NCBI GenBank assembly: GCA_032718475.1
Contig: JAUCBJ010007134.1
Span: 1-64,000, forward strand
Origin: Nemertoderma westbladi
Lineage: Eukaryota > Animalia > Xenacoelomorpha
DNA: 64,000 nucleotides
Reading direction: 5' to 3'
Shown piece by piece: positions 1 through 12,516 of the stretch. A model generated the notes under the pieces. That model was not told the origin of the DNA. It worked only from the letters and a program-made list of their open reading frames with translations, and did no database searches. Position 1 is the stretch's first letter. Every line of letters starts with the position of its first letter. A program made the translations under genes and the position numbers.

Positions 1-855
1 CGATAGGTATAAGGGTGCTACTCCTATCTGCTACCCGAAGGTAGGGGTGGGCGCTACTCATATCTGCTACCCGATAGGTATAAGGGTGGGCGCTACTCCT
101 ATCTGCTACCCGAAGGTATAAGGGTGGGCGCTACTCCTACTACTACTAGGATCGGCATGCTGCATTGCAGCTGCATTTTTAAGAATGCTGTGCCGGCTTG
201 TCAACAAAATTGCACCGCCACAACTCCCTATCACCCATGACATTTGCTAGATCATCCGCATCTTTAAGGCCAGTGTCCTTTAAGATGCGTCTCAAGAAAG
301 TTATGGGCTGTCCACCATGCTTATTCACTATCTGCTACCCGAAGGTATAAGGGTGGGCGCTACTCCTATCTGCTACCCGAAGGTAGGGGTGGGCGCTACT
401 TCTATCTGCTACCCGAAGGTATAAGGGTGGGCGCTACTCCTATCTGCTACCCGAAGGTAGGGGTGGGCGCTACTCCTATCTGCTACCCGAAGGTAGGGGT
501 GGGCGCTACTCCTATCTGCTACCCGAAGGTATAAGGGTGGGCGCTACTCCTATCTGCTACCCGAAGGTATAAGGGTGGGCGCTACTCCTATCTGCTACCC
601 GAAGGTATAAGGGTGGGCGCTACTCCTATCTGCTACCCGAAGGTATAAGGGTGGGCGCTACTCCTATCTGCTACCCGAAGGTAGGGGTGGGCGCTACTCC
701 TATCTGCTACCCGAAGGTATAAGGGTGGGCGCTACTCCTATCTGCTACCCGAAGGTATAAGGGTGGGCGCTACTCCTATCTGCTACCCGAGGGTAGGGGT
801 GGGCGCTACTCCTATCTGCTACCCGAAGGTATAAGGGTGTGCGCTACTCCTATCC
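1..855. repeat. 36/38-bp minisatellite (CTGCTACCCGAAGGTA[G|TAA]GGGTGGGCGCTACTCCTAT) derived from a SINE segment
   Basis: Tandem copies run from the window edge to ~855, interrupted at ~140-327. They lead directly into the SINE body at 856-991. One copy of the unit occurs in the related SINE at ~61810-61845. Confidence 0.95.
140..327 (-). mobile_element. 5'-truncated 3' end of an RTE-type LINE inserted in the minisatellite
   Basis: Minus strand reads NKHGGQPITFLRRILKDTGLKDADDLANVMGDRELWR, resembling RTE C-termini (DTGL...M.DR..WR). It is followed by a short (TAG)n tail, and CTA flanks both sides. Confidence 0.7.
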
Positions 856-991
856 CGTGTTTCGCTAGGTTCGCTCCCAGTAATTCAACTATCGACCCCA
901 TGGGATACAAGACTGAGTGGACACTAGCGGGGCACGAACCTACAACCAATAGATTGCATGCCCGGCACTCAACCAACCGAGCTACCCCGCC
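856..991 (-). mobile_element. tRNA-derived SINE (head and body)
   Basis: Minus strand GGCGGGGTAGCTCGGTTGG...GGTTCGTGCCCC has Pol III A- and B-box-like motifs. A related copy lies at ~61766-61945. Confidence 0.8.
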
Positions 992-1675
992 TTCTTTATT
1001 TAACGATAATTTGTTCAGAACGTATTTTTAAGTATATACATATTTAATTATTTAATTTTAATTATACGTATTTAATATTTACACCTACTTGCAATAAGGA
1101 GTGTTTCTTCTTTGAGGACCGCCTATAAATGACGGAACGCCTTTTTCTAACATTTTAGAACGACCCCCCCCCCCCCCCCCCCTACCCCCTTCCCCCACAC
1201 TCTATTTAACATGTCATGTCGACAGTAACTATTCAGTATACGTGGAAAACCAATCGCTTTTTTTTGCGGCAGTTATAAATCACGTTTTACGGTTGACCTA
1301 TGTTATTATTCTACGTTAGATGAAGGTGAAAGTTTCGCACTCAGCCCTCAGCGCAATAATTAACAAGCTATAATGTGATTTACAGCATTTCTGGCAGGAC
1401 ATCATGATTTTACTGACAGGACGTTATGTGTGGAATATTTAATGAGATCCAACTAATGCTATACATGGCCAGGGAATTTCATTTTTTCTATCAGGGAATT
1501 CATGTTAAATTTATCAAATGAGAGAAAAGTCACGAAATTTGATTTTAACAGGACATTGTGTCATAATAAGTGAAAAATACTGAATGTATAAGATTTTCTC
1601 AACAATTTATTTTACTTATAAATGGTTTCTAGCTCCTTCTACATATACCTGTAGTACTTTTACTATTTGTGGATG

Positions 1676-4600
1676 CACTTCATTCTCTCACTTCATTCTC
1701 TCACTTCATTCTCTCACTTCATTCTCTCACTTCATTCTCTCACTTCATTCTCTCACTTCATTCTCTCACTTTATTCTCTCACTTTATTCTCTCACTTCAT
1801 TCTCTCACTTCATTCTCTCACTTCATTCTCTCACTTCATTCTCTCACTTCATTCTCTCACCTCATTTCTCACTTCATTCTCTCACCTCATTTTCTCACTT
1901 CATTCTCTCACTTCATTCTCTCACTTCATTCTCTCACTTCATTCTCTCACTTCATTCTCTCACTTCATTCTCTCACTTCATTCTCTCACTTCATTCTCTC
2001 ACTTCATTCTCTCACTTCATTCTCTCACTTCATTCTCTCACTTCATTCTCTCACTTCATTCTCTCACTTCATTCTCTCACTTCATTCTCTCACTTCATTC
2101 TCTCACTTCATTCTCTCACTTCATTCTCTCACTTCATTCTCTCACTTCATTCTCTCACTTCATTCTCTCACTTCATTCTCTCACTTCATTCTCTCACTTC
2201 ATTCTCTCACTTCATTCTCTCACTTCATTCTCTCACTTCATTCTCTCACTTCATTCTCTCACTTCATTCTCTCACTTCATTCTCTCACTTCATTCTCTCA
2301 CTTCATTCTCTCACTTCATTCTCTCACTTCATTCTCTCACTTCATTCTCTCACTTCATTCTCTCACTTCATTCTCTCACTTCATTCTCTCACTTCATTCT
2401 CTCACTTCATTCTCTCACTTCATTCTCTCACTTCATTCTCTCACTTCATTCTCTCACTTCATTCTCTCACTTCATTCTCTCACTTCATTCTCTCACTTCA
2501 TTCTCTCACTTCATTCTCTCACTTCATTCTCTCACTTCATTCTCTCACTTCATTCTCTCACTTCATTCTCTCACTTCATTCTCTCACTTCATTCTCTCAC
2601 TTCATTCTCTCACTTCATTCTCTCACTTCATTCTCTCACTTCATTCTCTCACTTCATTCTCTCACTTCATTCTCTCACTTCATTCTCTCACTTCATTCTC
2701 TCACTTCATTCTCTCACTTCATTCTCTCACTTCATTCTCTCACTTCATTCTCTCACTTCATTCTCTCACTTCATTCTCTCACTTCATTCTCTCACTTCAT
2801 TCTCTCACTTCATTCTCTCACTTCATTCTCTCACTTCATTCTCTCACTTCATTCTCTCACTTCATTCTCTCACTTCATTCTCTCACTTCATTCTCTCACT
2901 TCATTCTCTCACTTCATTCTCTCACTTCATTCTCTCACTTCATTCTCTCACTTCATTCTCTCACTTCATTCTCTCACTTCATTCTCTCACTTCATTCTCT
3001 CACTTCATTCTCTCACTTCATTCTCTCACTTCATTCTCTCACTTCATTCTCTCACTTCATTCTCTCACTTCATTCTCTCACTTCATTCTCTCACTTCATT
3101 CTCTCACTTCATTCTCTCACTTCATTCTCTCACTTCATTCTCTCACTTCATTCTCTCACTTCATTCTCTCACTTCATTCTCTCACTTCATTCTCTCACTT
3201 CATTCTCTCACTTCATTCTCTCACTTCATTCTCTCACTTCATTCTCTCACTTCATTCTCTCACTTCATTCTCTCACTTCATTCTCTCACTTCATTCTCTC
3301 ACTTCATTCTCTCACTTCATTCTCTCACTTCATTCTCTCACTTCATTCTCTCACTTCATTCTCTCACTTCATTCTCTCACTTCATTCTCTCACTTCATTC
3401 TCTCACTTCATTCTCTCACTTCATTCTCTCACTTCATTCTCTCACTTCATTCTCTCACTTCATTCTCTCACTTCATTCTCTCACTTCATTCTCTCACTTC
3501 ATTCTCTCACTTCATTCTCTCACTTCATTCTCTCACTTCATTCTCTCACTTCATTCTCTCACTTCATTCTCTCACTTCATTCTCTCACTTCATTCTCTCA
3601 CTTCATTCTCTCACTTCATTCTCTCACTTCATTCTCTCACTTCATTCTCTCACTTCATTCTCTCACTTCATTCTCTCACTTCATTCTCTCACTTCATTCT
3701 CTCACTTCATTCTCTCACTTCATTCTCTCACTTCATTCTCTCACTTCATTCTCTCACTTCATTCTCTCACTTCATTCTCTCACTTCATTCTCTCACTTCA
3801 TTCTCTCACTTCATTCTCTCACTTCATTCTCTCACTTCATTCTCTCACTTCATTCTCTCACTTCATTCTCTCACTTCATTCTCTCACTTCATTCTCTCAC
3901 TTCATTCTCTCACTTCATTCTCTCACTTCATTCTCTCACTTCATTCTCTCACTTCATTCTCTCACTTCATTCTCTCACTTCATTCTCTCACTTCATTCTC
4001 TCACTTCATTCTCTCACTTCATTCTCTCACTTCATTCTCTCACTTCATTCTCTCACTTCATTCTCTCACTTCATTCTCTCACTTCATTCTCTCACTTCAT
4101 TCTCTCACTTCATTCTCTCACTTCATTCTCTCACTTCATTCTCTCACTTCATTCTCTCACTTCATTCTCTCACTTCATTCTCTCACTTCATTCTCTCACT
4201 TCATTCTCTCACTTCATTCTCTCACTTCATTCTCTCACTTCATTCTCTCACTTCATTCTCTCACTTCATTCTCTCACTTCATTCTCTCACTTCATTCTCT
4301 CACTTCATTCTCTCACTTCATTCTCTCACTTCATTCTCTCACTTCATTCTCTCACTTCATTCTCTCACTTCATTCTCTCACTTCATTCTCTCACTTCATT
4401 CTCTCACTTCATTCTCTCACTTCATTCTCTCACTTCATTCTCTCACTTCATTCTCTCACTTCATTCTCTCACTTCATTCTCTCACTTCATTCTCTCACTT
4501 CATTCTCTCACTTCATTCTCTCACTTCATTCTCTCACTTCATTCTCTCACTTCATTCTCTCACTTCATTCTCTCACTTCATTCTCTCACTTCATTCTCTC

Positions 4601-7214
4601 ACTTCATTCTCTCACTTCATTCTCTCACTTCATTCTCTCACTTCATTCTCTCACTTCATTCTCTCACTTCATTCTCTCACTTCATTCTCTCACTTCATTC
4701 TCTCACTTCATTCTCTCACTTCATTCTCTCACTTCATTCTCTCACTTCATTCTCTCACTTCATTCTCTCACTTCATTCTCTCACTTCATTCTCTCACTTC
4801 ATTCTCTCACTTCATTCTCTCACTTCATTCTCTCACTTCATTCTCTCACTTCATTCTCTCACTTCATTCTCTCACTTCATTCTCTCACTTCATTCTCTCA
4901 CTTCATTCTCTCACTTCATTCTCTCACTTCATTCTCTCACTTCATTCTCTCACTTCATTCTCTCACTTCATTCTCTCACTTCATTCTCTCACTTCATTCT
5001 CTCACTTCATTCTCTCACTTCATTCTCTCACTTCATTCTCTCACTTCATTCTCTCACTTCATTCTCTCACTTCATTCTCTCACTTCATTCTCTCACTTCA
5101 TTCTCTCACTTCATTCTCTCACTTCATTCTCTCACTTCATTCTCTCACTTCATTCTCTCACTTCATTCTCTCACTTCATTCTCTCACTTCATTCTCTCAC
5201 TTCATTCTCTCACTTCATTCTCTCACTTCATTCTCTCACTTCATTCTCTCACTTCATTCTCTCACTTCATTCTCTCACTTCATTCTCTCACTTCATTCTC
5301 TCACTTCATTCTCTCACTTCATTCTCTCACTTCATTCTCTCACTTCATTCTCTCACTTCATTCTCTCACTTCATTCTCTCACTTCATTCTCTCACTTCAT
5401 TCTCTCACTTCATTCTCTCACTTCATTCTCTCACTTCATTCTCTCACTTCATTCTCTCACTTCATTCTCTCACTTCATTCTCTCACTTCATTCTCTCACT
5501 TCATTCTCTCACTTCATTCTCTCACTTCATTCTCTCACTTCATTCTCTCACTTCATTCTCTCACTTCATTCTCTCACTTCATTCTCTCACTTCATTCTCT
5601 CACTTCATTCTCTCACTTCATTCTCTCACTTCATTCTCTCACTTCATTCTCTCACTTCATTCTCTCACTTCATTCTCTCACTTCATTCTCTCACTTCATT
5701 CTCTCACTTCATTCTCTCACTTCATTCTCTCACTTCATTCTCTCACTTCATTCTCTCACTTCATTCTCTCACTTCATTCTCTCACTTCATTCTCTCACTT
5801 CATTCTCTCACTTCATTCTCTCACTTCATTCTCTCACTTCATTCTCTCACTTCATTCTCTCACTTCATTCTCTCACTTCATTCTCTCACTTCATTCTCTC
5901 ACTTCATTCTCTCACTTCATTCTCTCACTTCATTCTCTCACTTCATTCTCTCACTTCATTCTCTCACTTCATTCTCTCACTTCATTCTCTCACTTCATTC
6001 TCTCACTTCATTCTCTCACTTCATTCTCTCACTTCATTCTCTCACTTCATTCTCTCACTTCATTCTCTCACTTCATTCTCTCACTTCATTCTCTCACTTC
6101 ATTCTCTCACTTCATTCTCTCACTTCATTCTCTCACTTCATTCTCTCACTTCATTCTCTCACTTCATTCTCTCACTTCATTCTCTCACTTCATTCTCTCA
6201 CTTCATTCTCTCACTTCATTCTCTCACTTCATTCTCTCACTTCATTCTCTCACTTCATTCTCTCACTTCATTCTCTCACTTCATTCTCTCACTTCATTCT
6301 CTCACTTCATTCTCTCACTTCATTCTCTCACTTCATTCTCTCACTTCATTCTCTCACTTCATTCTCTCACTTCATTCTCTCACTTCATTCTCTCACTTCA
6401 TTCTCTCACTTCATTCTCTCACTTCATTCTCTCACTTCATTCTCTCACTTCATTCTCTCACTTCATTCTCTCACTTCATTCTCTCACTTCATTCTCTCAC
6501 TTCATTCTCTCACTTCATTCTCTCACTTCATTCTCTCACTTCATTCTCTCACTTCATTCTCTCACTTCATTCTCTCACTTCATTCTCTCACTTCATTCTC
6601 TCACTTCATTCTCTCACTTCATTCTCTCACTTCATTCTCTCACTTCATTCTCTCACTTCATTCTCTCACTTCATTCTCTCACTTCATTCTCTCACTTCAT
6701 TCTCTCACTTCATTCTCTCACTTCATTCTCTCACTTCATTCTCTCACTTCATTCTCTCACTTCATTCTCTCACTTCATTCTCTCACTTCATTCTCTCACT
6801 TCATTCTCTCACTTCATTCTCTCACTTCATTCTCTCACTTCATTCTCTCACTTCATTCTCTCACTTCATTCTCTCACTTCATTCTCTCACTTCATTCTCT
6901 CACTTCATTCTCTCACTTCATTCTCTCACTTCATTCTCTCACTTCATTCTCTCACTTCATTCTCTCACTTCATTCTCTCACTTCATTCTCTCACTTCATT
7001 CTCTCACTTCATTCTCTCACTTCATTCTCTCACTTCATTCTCTCACTTCATTCTCTCACTTCATTCTCTCACTTCATTCTCTCACTTCATTCTCTCACTT
7101 CATTCTCTCACTTCATTCTCTCACTTCATTCTCTCACTTCATTCTCTCACTTCATTCTCTCACTTCATTCTCTCACTTTATTCTCTCACTTCGTTCTCTC
7201 ACTTCGGTCTCTCA
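1676..7214. repeat. 13-bp satellite (CACTTCATTCTCT)n, ~425 copies
   Basis: The core appears perfectly homogeneous; variants are seen only near the two edges. Confidence 0.99.
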
Positions 7215-7520
7215 TTTGTCGTCATGTTGTTGTGACAGTTTGCCGATATCTTGACAAAGGGAAGAAACTAAGTTCAACTCAGGGAAAATATAACTGGAAT
7301 ATATAATGGCAAACTTGTGCTCTAGTTAGTTTCCCATATAATATGTTTGACAAAGCACGTTACAGTAACTTTATGTTGGTGTGAGGGTCCAGATTCCACA
7401 TTGATTCTGATTTTAATTTCAAATTTTTCCCCGTATTATTTAATTCTTAAATGGAAGAACAAAAATATAAATCGTTTGAAAGAATAAGGTCGTGGTAATG
7501 TGGGGGGATACAAAATTAAT

Positions 7521-8700
7521 GAAGTGAAGGTCTCTCCCACAAACCGAAAAAACTGAAGTAATTACGATCTTTCTGCCTCAAGTATAGGCCATCTTCAGGT
7601 AAATATAATATTCGTGCTTCTGATATTTTTGTTTTAAATTCATTGTATTTTCCTAGTTAAACATTTCTCTTTCATTAAAATTTTCCTAGTTATTTTGGTG
7701 GTAAATTTAAATCACTATTGTGGCTGTAACTGTAACCAGAACCCTGATTGTAACATTCATTATTATATTTACCTGAAGAAGGCCTCTACTTGAGGCAGGT
7801 TTTTCTGTTTTTGGGAGAGACCTTCAATTCTTCAATAAAAATATAAATATTGATAATTTATTTAAATATATTTTTAATATAATGTTGTCCTGTACATTGA
7901 ATTTTGCTTCATATCTGCCGAACTGTTAGTGATTTAATTTCTCTAATACTATCATCTTTCTTTGTACTGTTTCTTATCTCTAATATTTACGATAATATTA
8001 ACAATGTGATGCAAAGATATTTCCTTAACAGTTGAATAAAACATAATTTATAAAATACAGCAGTTATTTAGGGATATATTATATGACGTAGGAGTGATTA
8101 TATAAAAACAGTTGGTGATCTGAAATCCTTTTTCTTATGATTGTGGGTTTTCCAACATAGTTGTGCAGTTGTTTCGGTCAGACTGACAAAAGGGACCGAG
8201 TCAAAGATTATTTCTGCATCGTCAAATTTTCAAGACCTATGATTGAGCTTTTCTGACTTTTTTTTCTTTCTTCTCCTCAATAATTGAATAGCCTCAGTGG
8301 ATAGTTCTCTTTATGTATTTTACGGATACTGTTTTAATCTTTTTAAACGATTTTATTGACGGATAATTACAATCAATTTTTACTCTTCATATTTAATCTC
8401 AAACATATAACATAACACTCAAGAATTTTAATCCGTTTTATTTTTAGCTGCACTGTGTTGTTTGCAGAGCCCATTTCACTTGTAATAAGTATTTTCACAA
8501 TTCACTGTTGATTTCAATACCGCTCACCGGCATTCCAATACCGAATTGGGGTTCCTATCGAATTATGAATAATACAATATGTTAACCTTTCTTTCACAAC
8601 AATAGCACGCCCTTAATTCGTCTTTTTACAATGTGATTTAACTGTTAATGTTTGCTGTAAATTTTATTGATCGTATTGTCGGCTAGACCGAATTAAACAG
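7521..8700 (-). mobile_element. Degenerate Penelope-like retroelement with inverted pseudo-LTR segments
   Basis: Minus strand 8292-8321 reads KIHKENYPLR (Penelope RT PKIHK..PLRP motif), with a frameshifted (K)GRAIVV near 8595-8615. Segments 7521-7610 and 7761-7833 are inverted copies. Confidence 0.7.
7562..7602 (-). ncRNA. Minimal type I hammerhead ribozyme (Penelope-type)
   Basis: Minus strand TTAC-CTGAAGA-TGGCCT-ATACTTG-AGGCA-GAAA-GATC-GTAA. It has the CUGANGA and GAAA cores, stem II GCCT/AGGC, a palindromic GATC in place of stem III, and stem I TTAC/GTAA. Confidence 0.6.
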
Positions 8701-8866
8701 TATTATTATTAGTTTCATGTCGTTTTCAACTTATAGGATATTAAAAATAATTAAGAAAAACTATAGAGGTATTCGTAGCCAGCGTGTGCTTGGTAGTGGT
8801 TGAAAGTTATAACTCTTATATTTTTTGTTAATATGAATAAATCTAGCTTTTTCTTAGGGCCATTCG

Positions 8867-9036
8867 CCCAATCACGTTCTCCTTGACTGCCCGCTGACAC
8901 AACCAATCAGAGACCGTTACCCCAATCACGTTCTCCTTGACTGCCCGCTGACACAACCAATCAGAGACCGTTACCCCAATCACGTTCTCCTTGACTGCCC
9001 GCTGACACAACCAATCAGAGACCGTTACCCCAATCA
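8867..9036. repeat. Three tandem copies of a 57-bp unit
   Basis: CCCAATCACGTTCTCCTTGACTGCCCGCTGACACAACCAATCAGAGACCGTTA... repeated three times. Confidence 0.95.
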
Positions 9037-9806
9037 CAAAAAAAGTTTACATGTTTGTGTATGAAGTAATGAAGTATTAGATTTCTTTAAGTAAGTTATT
9101 TAAACATTATGCTACACATAATTTAGGATCCATTATAATATTTTTATCACGAAATTTACGAAAAATGTATTGACAATTATGTTTTGGACAGTAAAAGTGA
9201 AACTATGTAATGTTACCGTGCCGTGTTTATGTTTATACTTATTGATGTCGTTAATTATATTTTCTTATTGTGTTCAATATCTTACATTACTTTACTGCCA
9301 ATGAACACTACTAGACCTACATGCTTGACCACATACTTGACCTGCCTACCTATATCCTCTGGGGATAAGACTGCAAAATATACTGCAAATACGAAAAAAT
9401 TGATGAAATTTTTTAATTTATTGAATAAGCCCTACATACCTTTAAATTCAGATGCACTATAAATTCTTGTTATAAAATTCGAATTAAATAATACACTTTT
9501 TAAATTAAATTTTTATATGCGATTTCATTCCACACCGGTTTTGGCGTGGATTAACATATTGTCTCACGGGAAACGCTTTACAATTAAACGAAGCGCGATA
9601 AGCAATTAATTTGACCCGAAACGAGTACAACGGTAAGGAATAGATTAAGGGATTAAATCTAATCTCATATTCCTCCGGGGTTATTCTGAAACAGATTTGT
9701 ACGTTGAGTAGGGCCATGAGAGTTACAAATCCAACCAAATTGTTCAAAATATGTCCAATTTTATTCCACAGAATTGCATTTGTAATCGTTTATAACGGAC
9801 GTCTTA

Positions 9807-11200
9807 CAGAGCCGGATCAAGCCTGGTGGGGGAGGGGGGGGGGGGGGGGGGGGCTGTGCACATGATTGGTGGGGACCCCTGATCGATCAGAGATAGAGAG
9901 ATATATTTAGATTTAAACGATTATTATAATAAAACAAAGAATAATACAAAAAAATAATCAAACCAGTATACGTATAGTACTTTATTTAGAAAACAACTTT
10001 ACGAGCCTTGCGAGACGCACAGTCGTGTATAATATCATTAAAGTCCGTTTCTCTTAGAATGTCATAGTTTGATGACAAGCACACAAGGCTAGTTAGCCGC
10101 ATCTGGCTCATTGTAGATCGAAGACGATTCAAAATTAATTTCAGTTTTGAAAACGAACGTTCTCCACTGCAGTTAGCAATCATGAGGACCAGGTACATTT
10201 GCAAAATAGTTGCGACGTTAGGAAATGAAGAGATCAAGTTATTATGATACAACAGTCCATAATGGAAATTCTCAACTGAATTATTCTGTTCTTTGAAGTC
10301 AGCATTGTAAGACTTTGTGAACTGGCCAAACTGATGCACCTCCTCCGCAACAGTATTAGCGTCGTCAACATCCCGAGGAAACTCTGCAGTGAGGTTTTCA
10401 GCTTTGTGCTTTAGCTCCACTTTTGACATGTCCTGTAGAGTGCGCCAGAACCCAAACAATGAGGCCATATGTTGGTAGGCGGCCAGACGTTTCTTTAGTT
10501 CATCAGACAGAGAAATCCTTACAGGCTCGTATCTCGACCTGCGAAAGTTCTGCTGGACAACATTAGGTGTAGCAACAGATTCAGCCTGAGCCAGATCACG
10601 CTTTGCCATCTGATCGACTGCTGACTGTGGGTCACCAAGGCGGACGTTTGGTCGGCGGACACGATGAACACGATGCGCCTCTGCCTCAGTCACTCACACA
10701 AGCTCTGCACCTCGGCACTGGTAGTCCTCGAAAGATCGGGTGTTAAATTTGGAATCAACGAGACCTTGCAAGCCGTGCAGTGCAGCCACAGCTGTGTTAA
10801 GATCCATATGAGGATCCTACAAAAGTTTGTTTGTTTTGTTGAAACTTTGCAGCAATTCATTCAAAAATGCAGCATAAAACCCGAAATCAAAAGTCAACTG
10901 ATCCTAGATTTCTGCTAAGTCCGACTGCCGTCTGACGTACCACAGGCTTCTGATCGGCATTTGCAGTCATTTCGTTCAATATTGTTAACAAATCCACCAT
11001 AGCCAGCCACAAGAACCTTAAGAGAGTCTGCACGGCATGACCAACGGGTGTCACTGAGATCTTTGGGAGCCATTGGGACCAGTTGCTTAAGTCGCTCAAA
11101 TCTAGTTGTAGAACCTGGTGTATAGGTGTATACTGCCTGTACATACAGTACTAAAGAATGAGACTGCTGCAGTGCAGCACTCTGCAGCATTGCATTACAG
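9807..11200 (-). mobile_element. hAT-superfamily transposase remnant (C-terminal dimerisation domain) with one probable TIR
   Basis: FPNVATILQMYLVLMIANCSGERSFSKLKLILNRLRSTMSQMRL in ORF 9986-10693 and LSDTRWSCR in ORF 10915-11328, with frameshifts between them. CAGAGCCGGATC at 9807 resembles a hAT terminus. Confidence 0.88.
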
Positions 11201-12108
11201 CTGCGCATTGGGTAATCAGGCACTGACGTCTTATTAATCAAGATTGGAATTGATTCCTCAAATATGTTGAAGGAGGTGAAACAAAGGCAACTTGTATAAT
11301 TTTCCTCTCTCTCTCGCAAGTTATTCACACTTGTAATAAGGCCAACACAAATATAAGTTTCTTAAATTTAGTTAATTGTTTTATTTCAGTTAATAATGAT
11401 AATTTATTATTATCTTAAATATAAATAAAATTAATTTTTAAATATTTTGTTAAAATTGTAATGCTACTACTTGTAATATGGTAATCTTAATAAATGTACT
11501 TTCATTTTGTGTATTTAATTTCAAATTCACATTTCTTATCGCGTAAAACTAATTATTCCGTCACAAAGTCGTCCCTATTACCAAAGGGATTAGGGGAATG
11601 TGGCGTGGCCACTTCTTACCGCAGCTAATTTCCCCGCACTAGACAAAACCCAGTCCACTTACTTGAAAGGAGTCCCCGCGGGCCGTAAAACAAGTTAAAA
11701 ATAGCTAATCCAAGGACTACGCGACGGTGTAATCATGTAGTCAATTATATTAATGAATGAATGGCTTCTCTTATCGCCCCACAGGAGTTCTATTTCTAAT
11801 AGATTTACACGATCTCTCCTCCTTCCTCACTGTCGGTGATGCTACTCTGTACCACTTACACAGTTGCCATGGCAATTACTATATCCTTATCGCACTGGGC
11901 CACCTCTGACAGACACCACTAGGGGGTACTTTGTTCCGTTCCGTTTCGTTCTGCTAATTGAGCATGGTTTGCTAGACGTTTGGAATTATTGCAAGATGAT
12001 TTTTTGCGGTTTTATTTGCCAATTTTACTTCTGAGGTTTGGCAGTTAAATGTACAATTTTTTAGGAAAGTGTTTTTTTACTTTAATACCGGTTAATTCTT
12101 TTGTTTAG

Positions 12109-12212
12109 AATTCTCATTGCCGCCTGCGATACATTCCGAGCTGGTGCTGTAGAACAGCTGAGAACTCACGTACGCCATCTCAACGCACTCCATCCTGCCT
12201 CAGCACACCAAG
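12109..12212 (+). CDS. SRPRA: Internal exon of signal recognition particle receptor alpha subunit (SRP-family GTPase)
   Basis: Flanked by tttgtttag| and |gtgagt. Encodes ILIAACDTFRAGAVEQLRTHVRHLNALHPASAHQ, which closely matches the SRalpha DTFRAGAVEQLRTH segment. Absent from the ORF track. Confidence 0.92.
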
Positions 12213-12516
12213 GTGAGTCTGATAATAAAAAGTAAAAAATATAAGTCGTACTGTAAATAAATTATTAACGTGGTCGTTATTAATTAATAATTAAACGTAA
12301 TCTTTTATGTAACAAAATTTATGTAGTTAATTTTTTTTTAAATGTTAATTATGCACAAAATAACTAATTATGTTTAATTTGTTTCGTATTAAAGCACAAT
12401 TCACCTCAGTTAGTGTTATTATATGATTCCATGTTTTTCCATCAGACTTCATCGCTGAAATTCCATTATTTGTCATTCATAGAGTCTCAGATTATCTTTG
12501 CTCTAGACGAATAAAT

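Noticed and set aside
920-991. Possible tRNA gene
   Set aside because: A and B boxes are present but the stems are broken, and it continues into a SINE body with a second copy in the window.
1584-7306. Three ~1870-aa ORFs (SLTSFSHFILSLH repeats)
   Set aside because: Artefact of a 13-bp unit with no G and no AA: stops are impossible and all three frames give the same peptide.
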